Source: Thermoproteota archaeon
GTDB lineage: Archaea > Thermoproteota > EX4484-205 > JAAOZP01
NCBI GenBank assembly: GCA_038883435.1
Contig: JAVZMD010000001.1
Coordinates: 9,411-65,815 of the forward strand
Direction: 5' to 3'
DNA: 56,405 nt
Part shown: positions 1-8,100 of the stretch, piece after piece
Numbering within the stretch: the stretch's first letter is position 1
How the letters are laid out: the number at the start of each line of letters is the position of its first letter
Position numbers and translations under genes: made by a program
The notes under the pieces: generated by a model
Told to the model about the DNA's origin: nothing
What the model saw: only the letters and a program-made list of their open reading frames with translations
The model's database searches: none

Positions 1-350
1 ATAGCCAGAACTATTTCCCCAACCCTAAGCGAGTCCGAGTCGCCGAGCTCAGCTGGCTTGAAACCTGATTCCTCAACCTTTATTAGCGCTATGTCTAGAC
101 TAGGATCGGCACCCACAACCCGCCCCTCCGTCATCAACCCTTCAGAGAAGGAGGCATGAATATGGTCTGAACCTCTAACCACATGATAGTTCGTCAGGAA
201 AAGACCATCCTCGTCTACAACTATGCCTGATCCGACGCCGTGTACTGGGAAAGCGTAGAAGAAGAATTCGTAAACAATTTTAACAGTGCTCACGTTCACA
301 ATGCTTGGCTTAACCTTTTCAACAGCCTTAACAATTTCTTCACTAAGCAA
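1..350 (-). CDS. Trypsin-like serine protease (HtrA/DegP family), N-terminal part; gene runs off the left edge
   Basis: Not in the ORF track because it is edge-truncated. My minus-strand translation reads ...SIVNVSTVKIVYEFFFYAFPVHGVGSGIVVDEDGLFLTNYHVVRGSDHIHASFSEGLMTEGRVVGADPSLDIALIKVEESGFKPAELGDSDSLRVGEIVLA. It shows S1C-type catalytic His (TNYHVV) and Asp (DIALIKV) contexts and GDSDxLRVGE. There is no in-frame ATG, so the start is tentatively TTG at 348-350. Confidence 0.7.
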   Translation of the reverse strand, partial: MLSEEIVKAVEKVKPSIVNVSTVKIVYEFFFYAFPVHGVGSGIVVDEDGLFLTNYHVVRGSDHIHASFSEGLMTEGRVVGADPSLDIALIKVEESGFKPAELGDSDSLRVGEIVLA

Positions 351-432
351 ACTGCTAAGAGATGTGAAAAAACATGTTTATATATGTTTTCTAATAAGTT
401 TATTTCTCACCTTTACTTTTGAGAAATAGGGG

Positions 433-1599
433 TTGGAGATACTGAAGGCAAACATGGAGAAGGCTATAGAAGTACTAAGAAAAAAAGTTGGAGAAGCTGT
501 TTTAATACATCACGATGAGGCAGATGGAGTCTGCTCCGCCGCACTTGCTAAAGCCACCCTTGAAAAGATGGGTTACATGGTTAAGACAATATGTTTAGAT
601 AAGCTTTTCCCAGAGGTTCTTGAAAAAATATTGTCCAGCCATAGGGTTACTGTTTTCACCGATATTGGCTCAGCCCAAGTTAGGAGGATAGAAGGGCTTA
701 TTGAAGCGGATAGTATAGCGGTTATTATCGACCATCATGATACCGAGCCGGCAGTTAAAGATAACGTGTTTAACATTAACCCTGAACTCTATGGGTATAT
801 GGGGGAGAAGGATGCTTCAGCCTCCACGGTGGCATACCTGTTTGCTAAGACCGTAGATGAAGAACTCAGTAAACTTGCATACTTGGCTGTAGTAGGTTCC
901 GTAGAAGTACCTGGAGAGCCTTCTGGGTTGAATAAGCTTGCTCTGGACGATGCTTTGATGAAAGGTATTGTGGAAAAGTCCGGTAAGGAGTTTAAGGTGA
1001 CTATCGAGGGTTTCATGCTTTCAAGGACAAGGGTTTCTCAGATACTTACCATACTCGCCTCAGTAGGATACTACAGGGGTGGTGTTGAAAAGGCTTTGGA
1101 TTCTTGCATTAAAGGGTTTACACCTGAAGTCTTAAAATTCTCTGAAGTATTAGAAGAAGAGAGGAAGAGGGCTAATAAGGCATTGTTAGCAATCTTAGCT
1201 AGGAAGGGGTTGGGTAAAACGGAGAACGTTCAATGGTTCGACTCCGGAGAGTTCTTCAAGGGCATGGGTAGTAAAGTCTTGGGGGGATTCACATCCTACT
1301 TAAGCTATCGGAACCTGGTTGATAACGATAAGTATCTTATCGGATTTATGAAAATATCGAGAGAAGTACCTGGCTACGGATTGCTTAAAAAAGACTATGT
1401 TAAGGTTTCGTCAAGAGCCCCCTCGGAATTAAGAAAGATGATAGAGGAAGGAGTTAAACCACCTTTGTCAAAAATACTTCCAGAGGCTTGCAGTAGACAC
1501 GGTGGCTTTGGCGATGGTCATAGCGTAGCAGCCTCGGGAATCATACCAGTAGGAGCAGAGAGGGAGTTTATTGAAACATTCAACGAACTAGTTGATTGA
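433..1599 (+). CDS. DHH/DHHA1-family phosphoesterase (RecJ/NrnA-like)
   Basis: Motifs HHDEADGVCS (DHH motif I/II region), VIIDHHD (DHH motif III) and C-terminal GGFGDGHSVAASG (DHHA1 GGGH-type motif). The track start is TTG; an ATG at 454 (MEKAIEVL) is an alternative. Confidence 0.75.
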   Translation: MEILKANMEKAIEVLRKKVGEAVLIHHDEADGVCSAALAKATLEKMGYMVKTICLDKLFPEVLEKILSSHRVTVFTDIGSAQVRRIEGLIEADSIAVIIDHHDTEPAVKDNVFNINPELYGYMGEKDASASTVAYLFAKTVDEELSKLAYLAVVGSVEVPGEPSGLNKLALDDALMKGIVEKSGKEFKVTIEGFMLSRTRVSQILTILASVGYYRGGVEKALDSCIKGFTPEVLKFSEVLEEERKRANKALLAILARKGLGKTENVQWFDSGEFFKGMGSKVLGGFTSYLSYRNLVDNDKYLIGFMKISREVPGYGLLKKDYVKVSSRAPSELRKMIEEGVKPPLSKILPEACSRHGGFGDGHSVAASGIIPVGAEREFIETFNELVD

Positions 1600-1673
1600 A
1601 TCCTGACATAAGAATTTTTAAAACACTAGAAAACAAAAAGTTTAAGTTTATGTTTAACATGTTTTTTCTGAAA

Positions 1674-1730
1674 ATGGCCACGAAGAAGAAATCAAAGAAG
1701 AGTAAGGCCAAGAAGAGTAAGAAGTGCTAA
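1674..1730 (+). CDS. Candidate 18-aa lysine/serine-rich basic micropeptide (MATKKKSKKSKAKKSKKC)
   Basis: ATG at 1674 and TAA at 1728-1730, read by me. The A/T-rich TATA-like tttaagttta at 1641-1650 lies about 25-30 nt upstream, a leaderless geometry. T-tracts (ctttttca...ctctttttttatc) follow immediately downstream. It lies in a 200-nt gap between convergent genes. The sequence is low complexity, so it could be chance. Confidence 0.2.
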   Translation: MATKKKSKKSKAKKSKKC

Positions 1731-1799
1731 GGCTTTTTCACTTCCCCTCTTTTTTTATCTTATATTTTTGTGAATTAATTGGAAACGAAATTAAAATCT

Positions 1800-2459
1800 C
1801 TAACGTGAAATAGTGTGCATAATACTTGCGGCGAAGCTAGCAAGATGTACTAAGGGCAGGCTTACCGTCCCGGCTCCTTGCGTCCTTCTCTTCTTAATCG
1901 CTGAACGTAGCTCCTCTAGGCTTAAGGCGTCTGCCAGAGTATATGCTCTTCCAATCTCCCCCATGGTGTGAGCATCGCTACCGCCAACCTCTGCTTTCCC
2001 AAGACTTCTAGCAAGCTTCAGGGCTTTTTCATTTTGCTTTTTAAGAAAGTTTCTAGCGTTTACTACTTCAATTCCCTCTAGTAACTCGTAGACTTTCTTA
2101 CTTGTACTACCGTGAAGCCTTGGGAATCCGAATGGGTGAGCTGCTATCAAGACACCGTCTTGCGACTTAACCATGTCATGTACTTCGAAAGGATCCTTAG
2201 CGTTAACAGGCTCCTGTATGAATAGGGCTAGGAGGTCCCCTGTATTAGTCCTTATTTCCATGCCTGGTATTATAAGTATGCTGCTCGTCTCAACTTTCCT
2301 ATGGGCTCCAAAAACGTCATGGTCTGTAATGGCAACTCCCTTCAACCCTCTTGACTCAGCTATTTTCGGTAGCAACCTAGGGTCTATCAACGAGTCCTTA
2401 GAGAAGAAAGTATGTACATGAAGATCAAACCTTAGCATTCTCACAAATTTTCCAAACAA
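1800..2459 (-). CDS. PHP-domain metal-dependent phosphoesterase
   Basis: N-terminal [13 protein letters not shown] (PHP motif HxH), ITDHD, AAHPF and GGSDAH motifs spaced along 219 aa. Confidence 0.7.
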   Translation of the reverse strand: MFGKFVRMLRFDLHVHTFFSKDSLIDPRLLPKIAESRGLKGVAITDHDVFGAHRKVETSSILIIPGMEIRTNTGDLLALFIQEPVNAKDPFEVHDMVKSQDGVLIAAHPFGFPRLHGSTSKKVYELLEGIEVVNARNFLKKQNEKALKLARSLGKAEVGGSDAHTMGEIGRAYTLADALSLEELRSAIKKRRTQGAGTVSLPLVHLASFAASIMHTISR

Positions 2460-2499
2460 GCTTCCTAATACGTCTTTACGTCACGGGGAAAACTTTATC

Positions 2500-3096
2500 T
2501 TGAACCTTTCTGCGGAATCTTTTTTCAACAGACTGAGAATGGAAGGATTTAGTTTCGTCCCAAGGGAGGTTTTCTTCACGAAAGGTGTTGGCGTTCATAG
2601 GGAAAGACTCGCATCCTTCGAAATAGCCTTGAGAGATGCTGGCATTGCACAGTTTAACCTTGTCCCTATATCAAGCATAATCCCCCCCGGCTGCAAGGTT
2701 ATAGGCAGAGAGGAGGGGTTGAGCAAGCTTAAGCCGGGGCAGATAATATTCGTCGTCTTGGCGAGGAATGAAACGAACGAGCCAAACAGGCTCATAGCTG
2801 CCTCAATCGGCATGGCTAAGCCGCTTGACGATGAGAGCTACGGTTACTTGAGCGAGCACCATTCCTTCGGTCAGACTGAGAAGAAAGCCGGGGACTACGC
2901 TGAGGATCTTGCAGCATTCATGCTAGCCTCTACACTGGGCGTCCCCTTCGATATAGATAAGAGCTGGGATGAGCAGAAGGAGATATGGAAGATAAGCGGT
3001 AAGAGGGTTAAGACGATGAGCATAACCCAGTCTGCAGTAGGTAACAAGGATGGTCTTTGGACTACTGTTGTTGCTGCGGCAGTCTTCATACCTTAA
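2500..3096 (+). CDS. pdaD: Pyruvoyl-dependent arginine decarboxylase proenzyme
   Basis: The conserved self-cleavage region [13 protein letters not shown] (Ser-Ser site) and overall length fit the PdaD family. The true start may be the internal ATG ([13 protein letters not shown]) rather than TTG at 2500. Confidence 0.85.
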   Translation: MNLSAESFFNRLRMEGFSFVPREVFFTKGVGVHRERLASFEIALRDAGIAQFNLVPISSIIPPGCKVIGREEGLSKLKPGQIIFVVLARNETNEPNRLIAASIGMAKPLDDESYGYLSEHHSFGQTEKKAGDYAEDLAAFMLASTLGVPFDIDKSWDEQKEIWKISGKRVKTMSITQSAVGNKDGLWTTVVAAAVFIP

Positions 3097-3157
3097 TCAT
3101 CGAATTCCTTTCCCTCTCCCGCTTTTTCTACATCCCCTTCAGCTTTTAGTATGAGAA

Positions 3158-3835
3158 TTAGAAGGGCAGCGGGAAAATGCTTCCAAAGAGGATTGTTAAA
3201 ACATAACCCGGCAATAGAAATGAAATTAAGGGTGTTTCCTGCTTGAAGAAGGAAGCCCTACTATTCTCATTCTTCCTAATCACCACGAGATTTAAAGAGA
3301 CATTACTATCTGGTGAATGCTTTCCTACTTTTCTTTTCCCCCAGTTTCCTGAAGCAAGTTCATAAATCGTTTTTAATAGGACTAGGAAGAGCATTATTAG
3401 CTCCGTGTTCCAGAGCATTGTGAGACCAAAGTCAGGGAATAGCCTTATGATGAAAAAGCCTCCTAAAATAGGCTCTGTAGTTGAAATATGGGTGAGGCTT
3501 AGACTAATAATTACTATGACATCGCCCAGCTCGTAGAGGTGAAGAAAATAAGGTAAGAGTAGGATTACTAGAGTAATCACAAGTCTTACAATGATGCCTA
3601 CTGCTCTTGGCGATGTCGCTAATTCGACTCCGAGAAAGACAATGCCCATTATAATCATCGGGAACCATGCTGAGGCGTTAAGCTCCCTATGTCTCAAATC
3701 CTGTAAGGCAGCATTGGACAAGAGTACTATCGGAAGGATGGTTCTGAGAAGCCTAAAGGCTTCGAAACCGTGTTCCCATAGGACTATTTGAATCATAACC
3801 ATACTCATTGATGCTACTTTGCTTAAAGCCTCCAC
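3158..3835 (-). CDS. Polytopic membrane protein, divergent A24 (PibD/FlaK-type) aspartic peptidase paralogue
   Basis: LQDLRHRELNASAW parallels FQDVKKREIDNRVW of the locus peptidase at 11254-12036 (first catalytic Asp context). The second motif is degenerate (ELGDVIV versus GGADAK). The C-terminal ISFLLPGYVLTILFG parallels TSFLIPLQVLILLG. The start is probably an internal Met because the track start overlaps the divergent speB start. Confidence 0.45.
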   Translation of the reverse strand: MEALSKVASMSMVMIQIVLWEHGFEAFRLLRTILPIVLLSNAALQDLRHRELNASAWFPMIIMGIVFLGVELATSPRAVGIIVRLVITLVILLLPYFLHLYELGDVIVIISLSLTHISTTEPILGGFFIIRLFPDFGLTMLWNTELIMLFLVLLKTIYELASGNWGKRKVGKHSPDSNVSLNLVVIRKNENSRASFFKQETPLISFLLPGYVLTILFGSIFPLPF

Positions 3836-4760
3836 TGAGAAACTTTATTTAGAGCAGGCTTGTCTGAAAATTAGCTTGAACGAGGCTAGACTCTACTTGG
3901 TCGAAAACCCATATTGTTTCTCCGGAATAAGACATAATTACGAGGAATCGTGGTTTTCAGTGGTGGGTGTGCCGTTCGACGGCACAACCTCGTTCAGACC
4001 CGGCTCAAGATTCGGACCGTCAAGCATAAGGCTTTTCTCAACAGAAGCCGAGACTATAAGCCTAGAAGACTGTATCGATTTAGAAAAGATACCCGTATCA
4101 GATTTAGGGGATGTTGCAGTAACCTTCAGTGTAGAAGAAGTTTTGAATAGGGTAGAGATTGTTTGCAGAGAGTTACATGGAGACTCCAAGATTCCAGTAT
4201 TATTAGGCGGGGAGCATACCGTAACGCTCGGTGCTGTTAGAGCTTTAAAGCCTGATCTCCTCGTTTGTTTCGATGCCCACTTCGACTATAGAGACGAGTA
4301 TCCACAAGGAGTAAAGGTCAGTCATGCTACGGTTATGAGAAGAATAAGCGAGGGTTTTTGCAGAGTTGTTCACGTCGGCGTCAGGGCGACGTGCAGAGAG
4401 GAAGTAGAATACGCTCGCAATAGGGTGTTCTTAAATTCAAAACAAGTATTAGAGGATTTTTCAAAAACCTCTGAAGAATTAAAAAACATAGTAGAAGGAG
4501 CAGGAAACCTGTATGTTAGCATCGACCTTGACGTACTCGACCCTGCTTACGCGCCTGGTGTAGGCAATCCTGAGGCATGCGGGCTCTCCACCCGCATGCT
4601 ACTTAACCTCTTAGAAAACTCCATAACCGATAAGCTAGTCGGCATGGACCTGGTTGAACTAAATCCTCTACTGGACTTCGGGGGGTCTTCAACGGCAGCT
4701 GCAGTGAGAATACTTTTCCAAGCTATCGCTAAAACAGCCAGGAGAAAGGGTCTCGTCTAA
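3819..4760 (+). CDS. speB: Agmatinase (arginase/ureohydrolase family)
   Basis: Motifs GGEHTVTLG, FDAHFDYRD and SIDLDVLDPAYAPGVGNPE are Mn-binding signatures of the arginase fold. The gene lies near pdaD. The start is uncertain (TTG at 3819). Confidence 0.85.
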   Translation: MLKASTEKLYLEQACLKISLNEARLYLVENPYCFSGIRHNYEESWFSVVGVPFDGTTSFRPGSRFGPSSIRLFSTEAETISLEDCIDLEKIPVSDLGDVAVTFSVEEVLNRVEIVCRELHGDSKIPVLLGGEHTVTLGAVRALKPDLLVCFDAHFDYRDEYPQGVKVSHATVMRRISEGFCRVVHVGVRATCREEVEYARNRVFLNSKQVLEDFSKTSEELKNIVEGAGNLYVSIDLDVLDPAYAPGVGNPEACGLSTRMLLNLLENSITDKLVGMDLVELNPLLDFGGSSTAAAVRILFQAIAKTARRKGLV

Positions 4761-5362
4761 ACCTGCTTCCTCTGCAAGTACCAGCGTTCAGCCCCTTCTC
4801 TCATCTTCTTCTCCGCTTCTTCTAAGGTAGAAGGCGGTGGAGTTACCATAGGCTCCCCAGGCTCCCAGTTTGCAGGAGCTAATAGCCCAGATTTAACACT
4901 GGTCTGGAAGGCTTTCAAAACCCTAGCAAGCTCTTTAACATTCCTGCCTACTTCAGGAGGATAATGGGCTTCAAACCTTAACACGCCAGCCGGATCCACT
5001 AGGAATACGCTTCTTGAAACATTTCCGTTAGCGTCTAAAGCACCGTACGAGCTCAATATCCTATTATCCGGGTCTGCCACGACTGGAACCAGTATTTTCA
5101 AACCATACTTCTCCTCCACATCCCTTATCCAAGCAATATGGCTCTGAAGATTTCCAGAGCATATTGAGAAGACCTCCGCTCCCATCTTCTTGAAATCGTC
5201 CATACGCTGCGACAACGATATGATCTCAGTGGTGCAAACAGGATTAAAACCTGAAGGATGCGTCAAAAGCAGTACCCATTTCTCTTTTAAAGCGGAGAGC
5301 TTAACCCTGCCCTTTGTCGTAGGTGCTTCGAAATCGGGAGCTGGCTCACCTAACCTAGTCAT
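4757..5362 (-). CDS. Peroxiredoxin (Prx6/1-Cys-type thioredoxin peroxidase fold)
   Basis: FTHPSGFNPVCTTE active-site context (PVCTTE) and a typical archaeal Prx length of about 200 aa. Confidence 0.9.
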   Translation of the reverse strand: MTRLGEPAPDFEAPTTKGRVKLSALKEKWVLLLTHPSGFNPVCTTEIISLSQRMDDFKKMGAEVFSICSGNLQSHIAWIRDVEEKYGLKILVPVVADPDNRILSSYGALDANGNVSRSVFLVDPAGVLRFEAHYPPEVGRNVKELARVLKAFQTSVKSGLLAPANWEPGEPMVTPPPSTLEEAEKKMREGAERWYLQRKQV

Positions 5363-5601
5363 CCCGACTGTTTAAAAGCCTAGGAGTTTTAAATACTTTT
5401 ACTAGCCCTCTCTAGAAGCCCCCTCGTAAGTCATGGTAGATTTACCATTCTAATGGTTCAGCATATCAAAAGTCCGTATAACCTTAATAGGCCATGCACA
5501 TAAAAATTGAAATCGAAACTTTGCCTAGACAGCTGATGAAGAGAGGTCTAAAAGAGAAAATAATAAAACATCAATATCATTAATTGCTTTAGGGTTTTAG
5601 T

Positions 5602-8055
5602 TTAAAGAAAGCCCGCATAAGTCTTCTTGTAAATTTCCCCCAATTCAAGCTTCTTAACGTCCCTCTTGTACTTCACCCTGTCGCCAACAGTCCCAGGCTT
5701 AAGCCTACTCCACTCCTCAAGGCTAACAGAGAACACCCTCTGAACATTATCCCTGTAGAGCTCGGGGAGAACGTTGAAAGTACAGAACGGGACAACATTC
5801 GGCTCAGGAGTAACATAGTGGACACCGCAATGCATAACCCTCTCAACATCGTAATTATACGGATCCATAAAATGCATCATGCCAAGATAGAGGAACTTGT
5901 AGTGGAATATGCTTAATGCGCCGTAGCTTCTTCTGAGGATGATGTTGGTGAGTATTTTTCCGAGGTTGAGGTCTTTGGGCTGTTTCTCCTTGTCTATGAA
6001 GCTGCCTAGTTTTCGGATTAGCTCAAGCATTACGAGGTATCTGCTTCTACCCTTCTCCATCTCGGCTGTTTTCTCCCTCAAGTATTCTGAAAGGCTTTCT
6101 ACGTCGACGAATCTAGTTATGGGTACAAACCTCATTCCACCGTTGCTTCTATCAAGGTAAACATAAGTGGCCATTCCGCAGGCGGGGTGAATAGGCATAT
6201 GCCACCTTTCCTTCCCCTTTGTCAGCTTCTCCAGGAACATTGTTAAGACTAGGGTGAATGGAACAGGATACCAAGCGTCTCTGCCTATTTCCCCATTGGT
6301 TTGATCTTCTAAAAGTCTAATCACGTCGGGTATTGTTATCCTATGCTTCTCTCTCTCACTCCTTGGCATCTGGCCTACGAGGGAAACTGGTTGGAAGTTA
6401 ACTCCTCTGACAATGTCGCTGTTAACTGCTGCGAACCTGACTATCTTACCCAGTTCCTGAGTATTCCAACCGTTTATGACTGTTGGCACTAGGACTACGC
6501 TAGTCATACCTGCTTTCCTGAAAGCTTCGAAGATGTATGGTATTTCCCAATGGTTTTTCACGTTTATCTTAGGGTCGAGGCCGTCGAAGCTAAGGTAGAC
6601 AGTGTTGACACCAGCCTCCCTCAACCTTCTGGCTAGGTCTACACCACCATCCAATGCGAAGAAGATTCCGTGAGTGTTTAATTGAATATGCGTGAAGCCC
6701 TCTTCCTTGGTTATCCTGACTATGTCAACAAGATCGTCTCTCATCAAGGGCTCGCCGCCAGTAAGCTGAATCGCCTTAGCACCATAGGGATACTGCTTCC
6801 TCAAATGCTTCATCATCATCCTATACTGCTCCAACGTGGGCTCATACACGTAACCAGATTTTTCAGCAAAAAAGAAACAGTTGCTCACTAGAAAACCGTC
6901 TGAAGCTACAAACGAGTGGCTATCGCTTTCCACTTCCAAATCATATACGTAACCGGTATAGTGCTCCTCCTCTATAGATTCTACAGTATCCAAGTAGAAG
7001 TCGCCGAGCTTCAATACTTTAGCTTCCTTCCTTTCCCCGATATAGTCAAGCCTATACTTACCAGGAGGATAGAGATCATAGAAGTGTTTTAAAGGCATTG
7101 AACCATGATGCTTCCAATTATAAACAACGTTTCCATGCTTCCTCCTTAACAAGAGGACATTAATATTCTCCACACCTCTAACGTAGACTTTCTCCTTGTC
7201 CTCTTCTGGAAGTGTTTTAAACTCTTCCAAAAGGTCGACTTCTCTAAGGCTGTTATCACTATTAAAATTCCAGAGTAGTATGAGCTCGCTTCTTCCATCA
7301 AGCTCATCAGCCCGCTTCTTCTTTATCTCACCGTTCTCGTTAACAAAGACCATATGCTCCGGTGTTAGTCTAATCTCGCGCCCAGTTCGTGTCCTAATCC
7401 TTAAAACCCTCCTATCATACTTCCTCCTGAACACTTTTCTAACCCTCGTCCACTCTGCCCTCCCTCCACTGAAAGTTAGAACATGCAAATCATCGGGAAT
7501 AGCGTATTCCCCAGAAAGCCCTCCGATCTCAGCCCTGTGGTTAAAAACGAGGTTTTTTGAAGCTTCTTCAAAGCTTTCCAGCTTTATTCCTCTACTCGTC
7601 TTGAATAAAACTTCCTCATCTCCTGGAAGACAATACCAGCAACTGAAGTTACACCTGTTCGTTACGACAACGTTGGCTAGTGCTGTTTGAGTAGTATGTA
7701 TGGAGCATATGCCGCATGAAAATGGACAAGGATTCTCAAGCTGCTTGTAAGCATATTTCACCCTCGTAGGGGGGGCTTCGAACCTCATCGCTCTCCTATA
7801 CATTTCAGCATCCCCCCAGTAGAGGTCTTCAACCTCACCGTGTTCAGGACAGGTCTTCCTTATCCAGACTTTGCCTTCCTTCTCGTATACAACTGCCGGT
7901 AGTAGCCTGTAGCACTCGGGGCAGACTGACAAGGTATTCCTTACGAGAACCTCCTCATTCCTCAACTCCGGCTTGGGGCCGCCTATCGCTATATTCCTCC
8001 CAGCAACTTCTACAGTTTTCTCATTTAACTCCTGCTGGTTCACATCCATTAGCAC
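5602..8055 (-). CDS. Radical SAM enzyme (COG1964-type, N-terminal Cys-rich rubredoxin-like motif) interrupted by an intein
   Basis: N-terminal CPECYR...CPEHG and NPCPFSCGICSIH, then the radical SAM motif NRCNFSCWY|C...|CFFFAEKSG split by the intein. Removing residues 142-392 restores CNFSCWYCFF (CxxxCxxC). The mature size would be 566 aa. Confidence 0.85.
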   Translation of the reverse strand: MLMDVNQQELNEKTVEVAGRNIAIGGPKPELRNEEVLVRNTLSVCPECYRLLPAVVYEKEGKVWIRKTCPEHGEVEDLYWGDAEMYRRAMRFEAPPTRVKYAYKQLENPCPFSCGICSIHTTQTALANVVVTNRCNFSCWYCLPGDEEVLFKTSRGIKLESFEEASKNLVFNHRAEIGGLSGEYAIPDDLHVLTFSGGRAEWTRVRKVFRRKYDRRVLRIRTRTGREIRLTPEHMVFVNENGEIKKKRADELDGRSELILLWNFNSDNSLREVDLLEEFKTLPEEDKEKVYVRGVENINVLLLRRKHGNVVYNWKHHGSMPLKHFYDLYPPGKYRLDYIGERKEAKVLKLGDFYLDTVESIEEEHYTGYVYDLEVESDSHSFVASDGFLVSNCFFFAEKSGYVYEPTLEQYRMMMKHLRKQYPYGAKAIQLTGGEPLMRDDLVDIVRITKEEGFTHIQLNTHGIFFALDGGVDLARRLREAGVNTVYLSFDGLDPKINVKNHWEIPYIFEAFRKAGMTSVVLVPTVINGWNTQELGKIVRFAAVNSDIVRGVNFQPVSLVGQMPRSEREKHRITIPDVIRLLEDQTNGEIGRDAWYPVPFTLVLTMFLEKLTKGKERWHMPIHPACGMATYVYLDRSNGGMRFVPITRFVDVESLSEYLREKTAEMEKGRSRYLVMLELIRKLGSFIDKEKQPKDLNLGKILTNIILRRSYGALSIFHYKFLYLGMMHFMDPYNYDVERVMHCGVHYVTPEPNVVPFCTFNVLPELYRDNVQRVFSVSLEEWSRLKPGTVGDRVKYKRDVKKLELGEIYKKTYAGFL
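6880..7632 (-). mobile_element. Mini-intein (251 aa) inside the radical SAM cluster-binding motif
   Basis: Block A CLPGDEEVLF (Cys1 is residue 142), block B RLTPEHMVF (TxxH), blocks F/G YVYDLEVESDSHSFVASDGFLVSN followed by +1 Cys (CFFF). I saw no LAGLIDADG or HNH endonuclease motifs. Coordinates are computed from residue numbers and checked against codons gtt(6880-6882)=Asn and aca(6877-6879)=Cys on the minus strand. Confidence 0.85.
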
Positions 8056-8100
8056 CTGAAAGTGTTAGAAGAACATTATAAAGTTTCTCCGAAGCGTCAT

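Noticed and set aside
240-422. 60-aa plus-strand ORF at the left end
   Set aside because: It lies antisense to the well-supported HtrA-like protease reading frame (1-350, minus) and has no recognisable motif. It is probably a shadow ORF.
7196-7690. 164-aa Ser/Leu-rich plus-strand ORF
   Set aside because: It lies entirely antisense within the intein-containing radical SAM gene. Its low-complexity S/L/F composition is typical of antisense frames of coding DNA.
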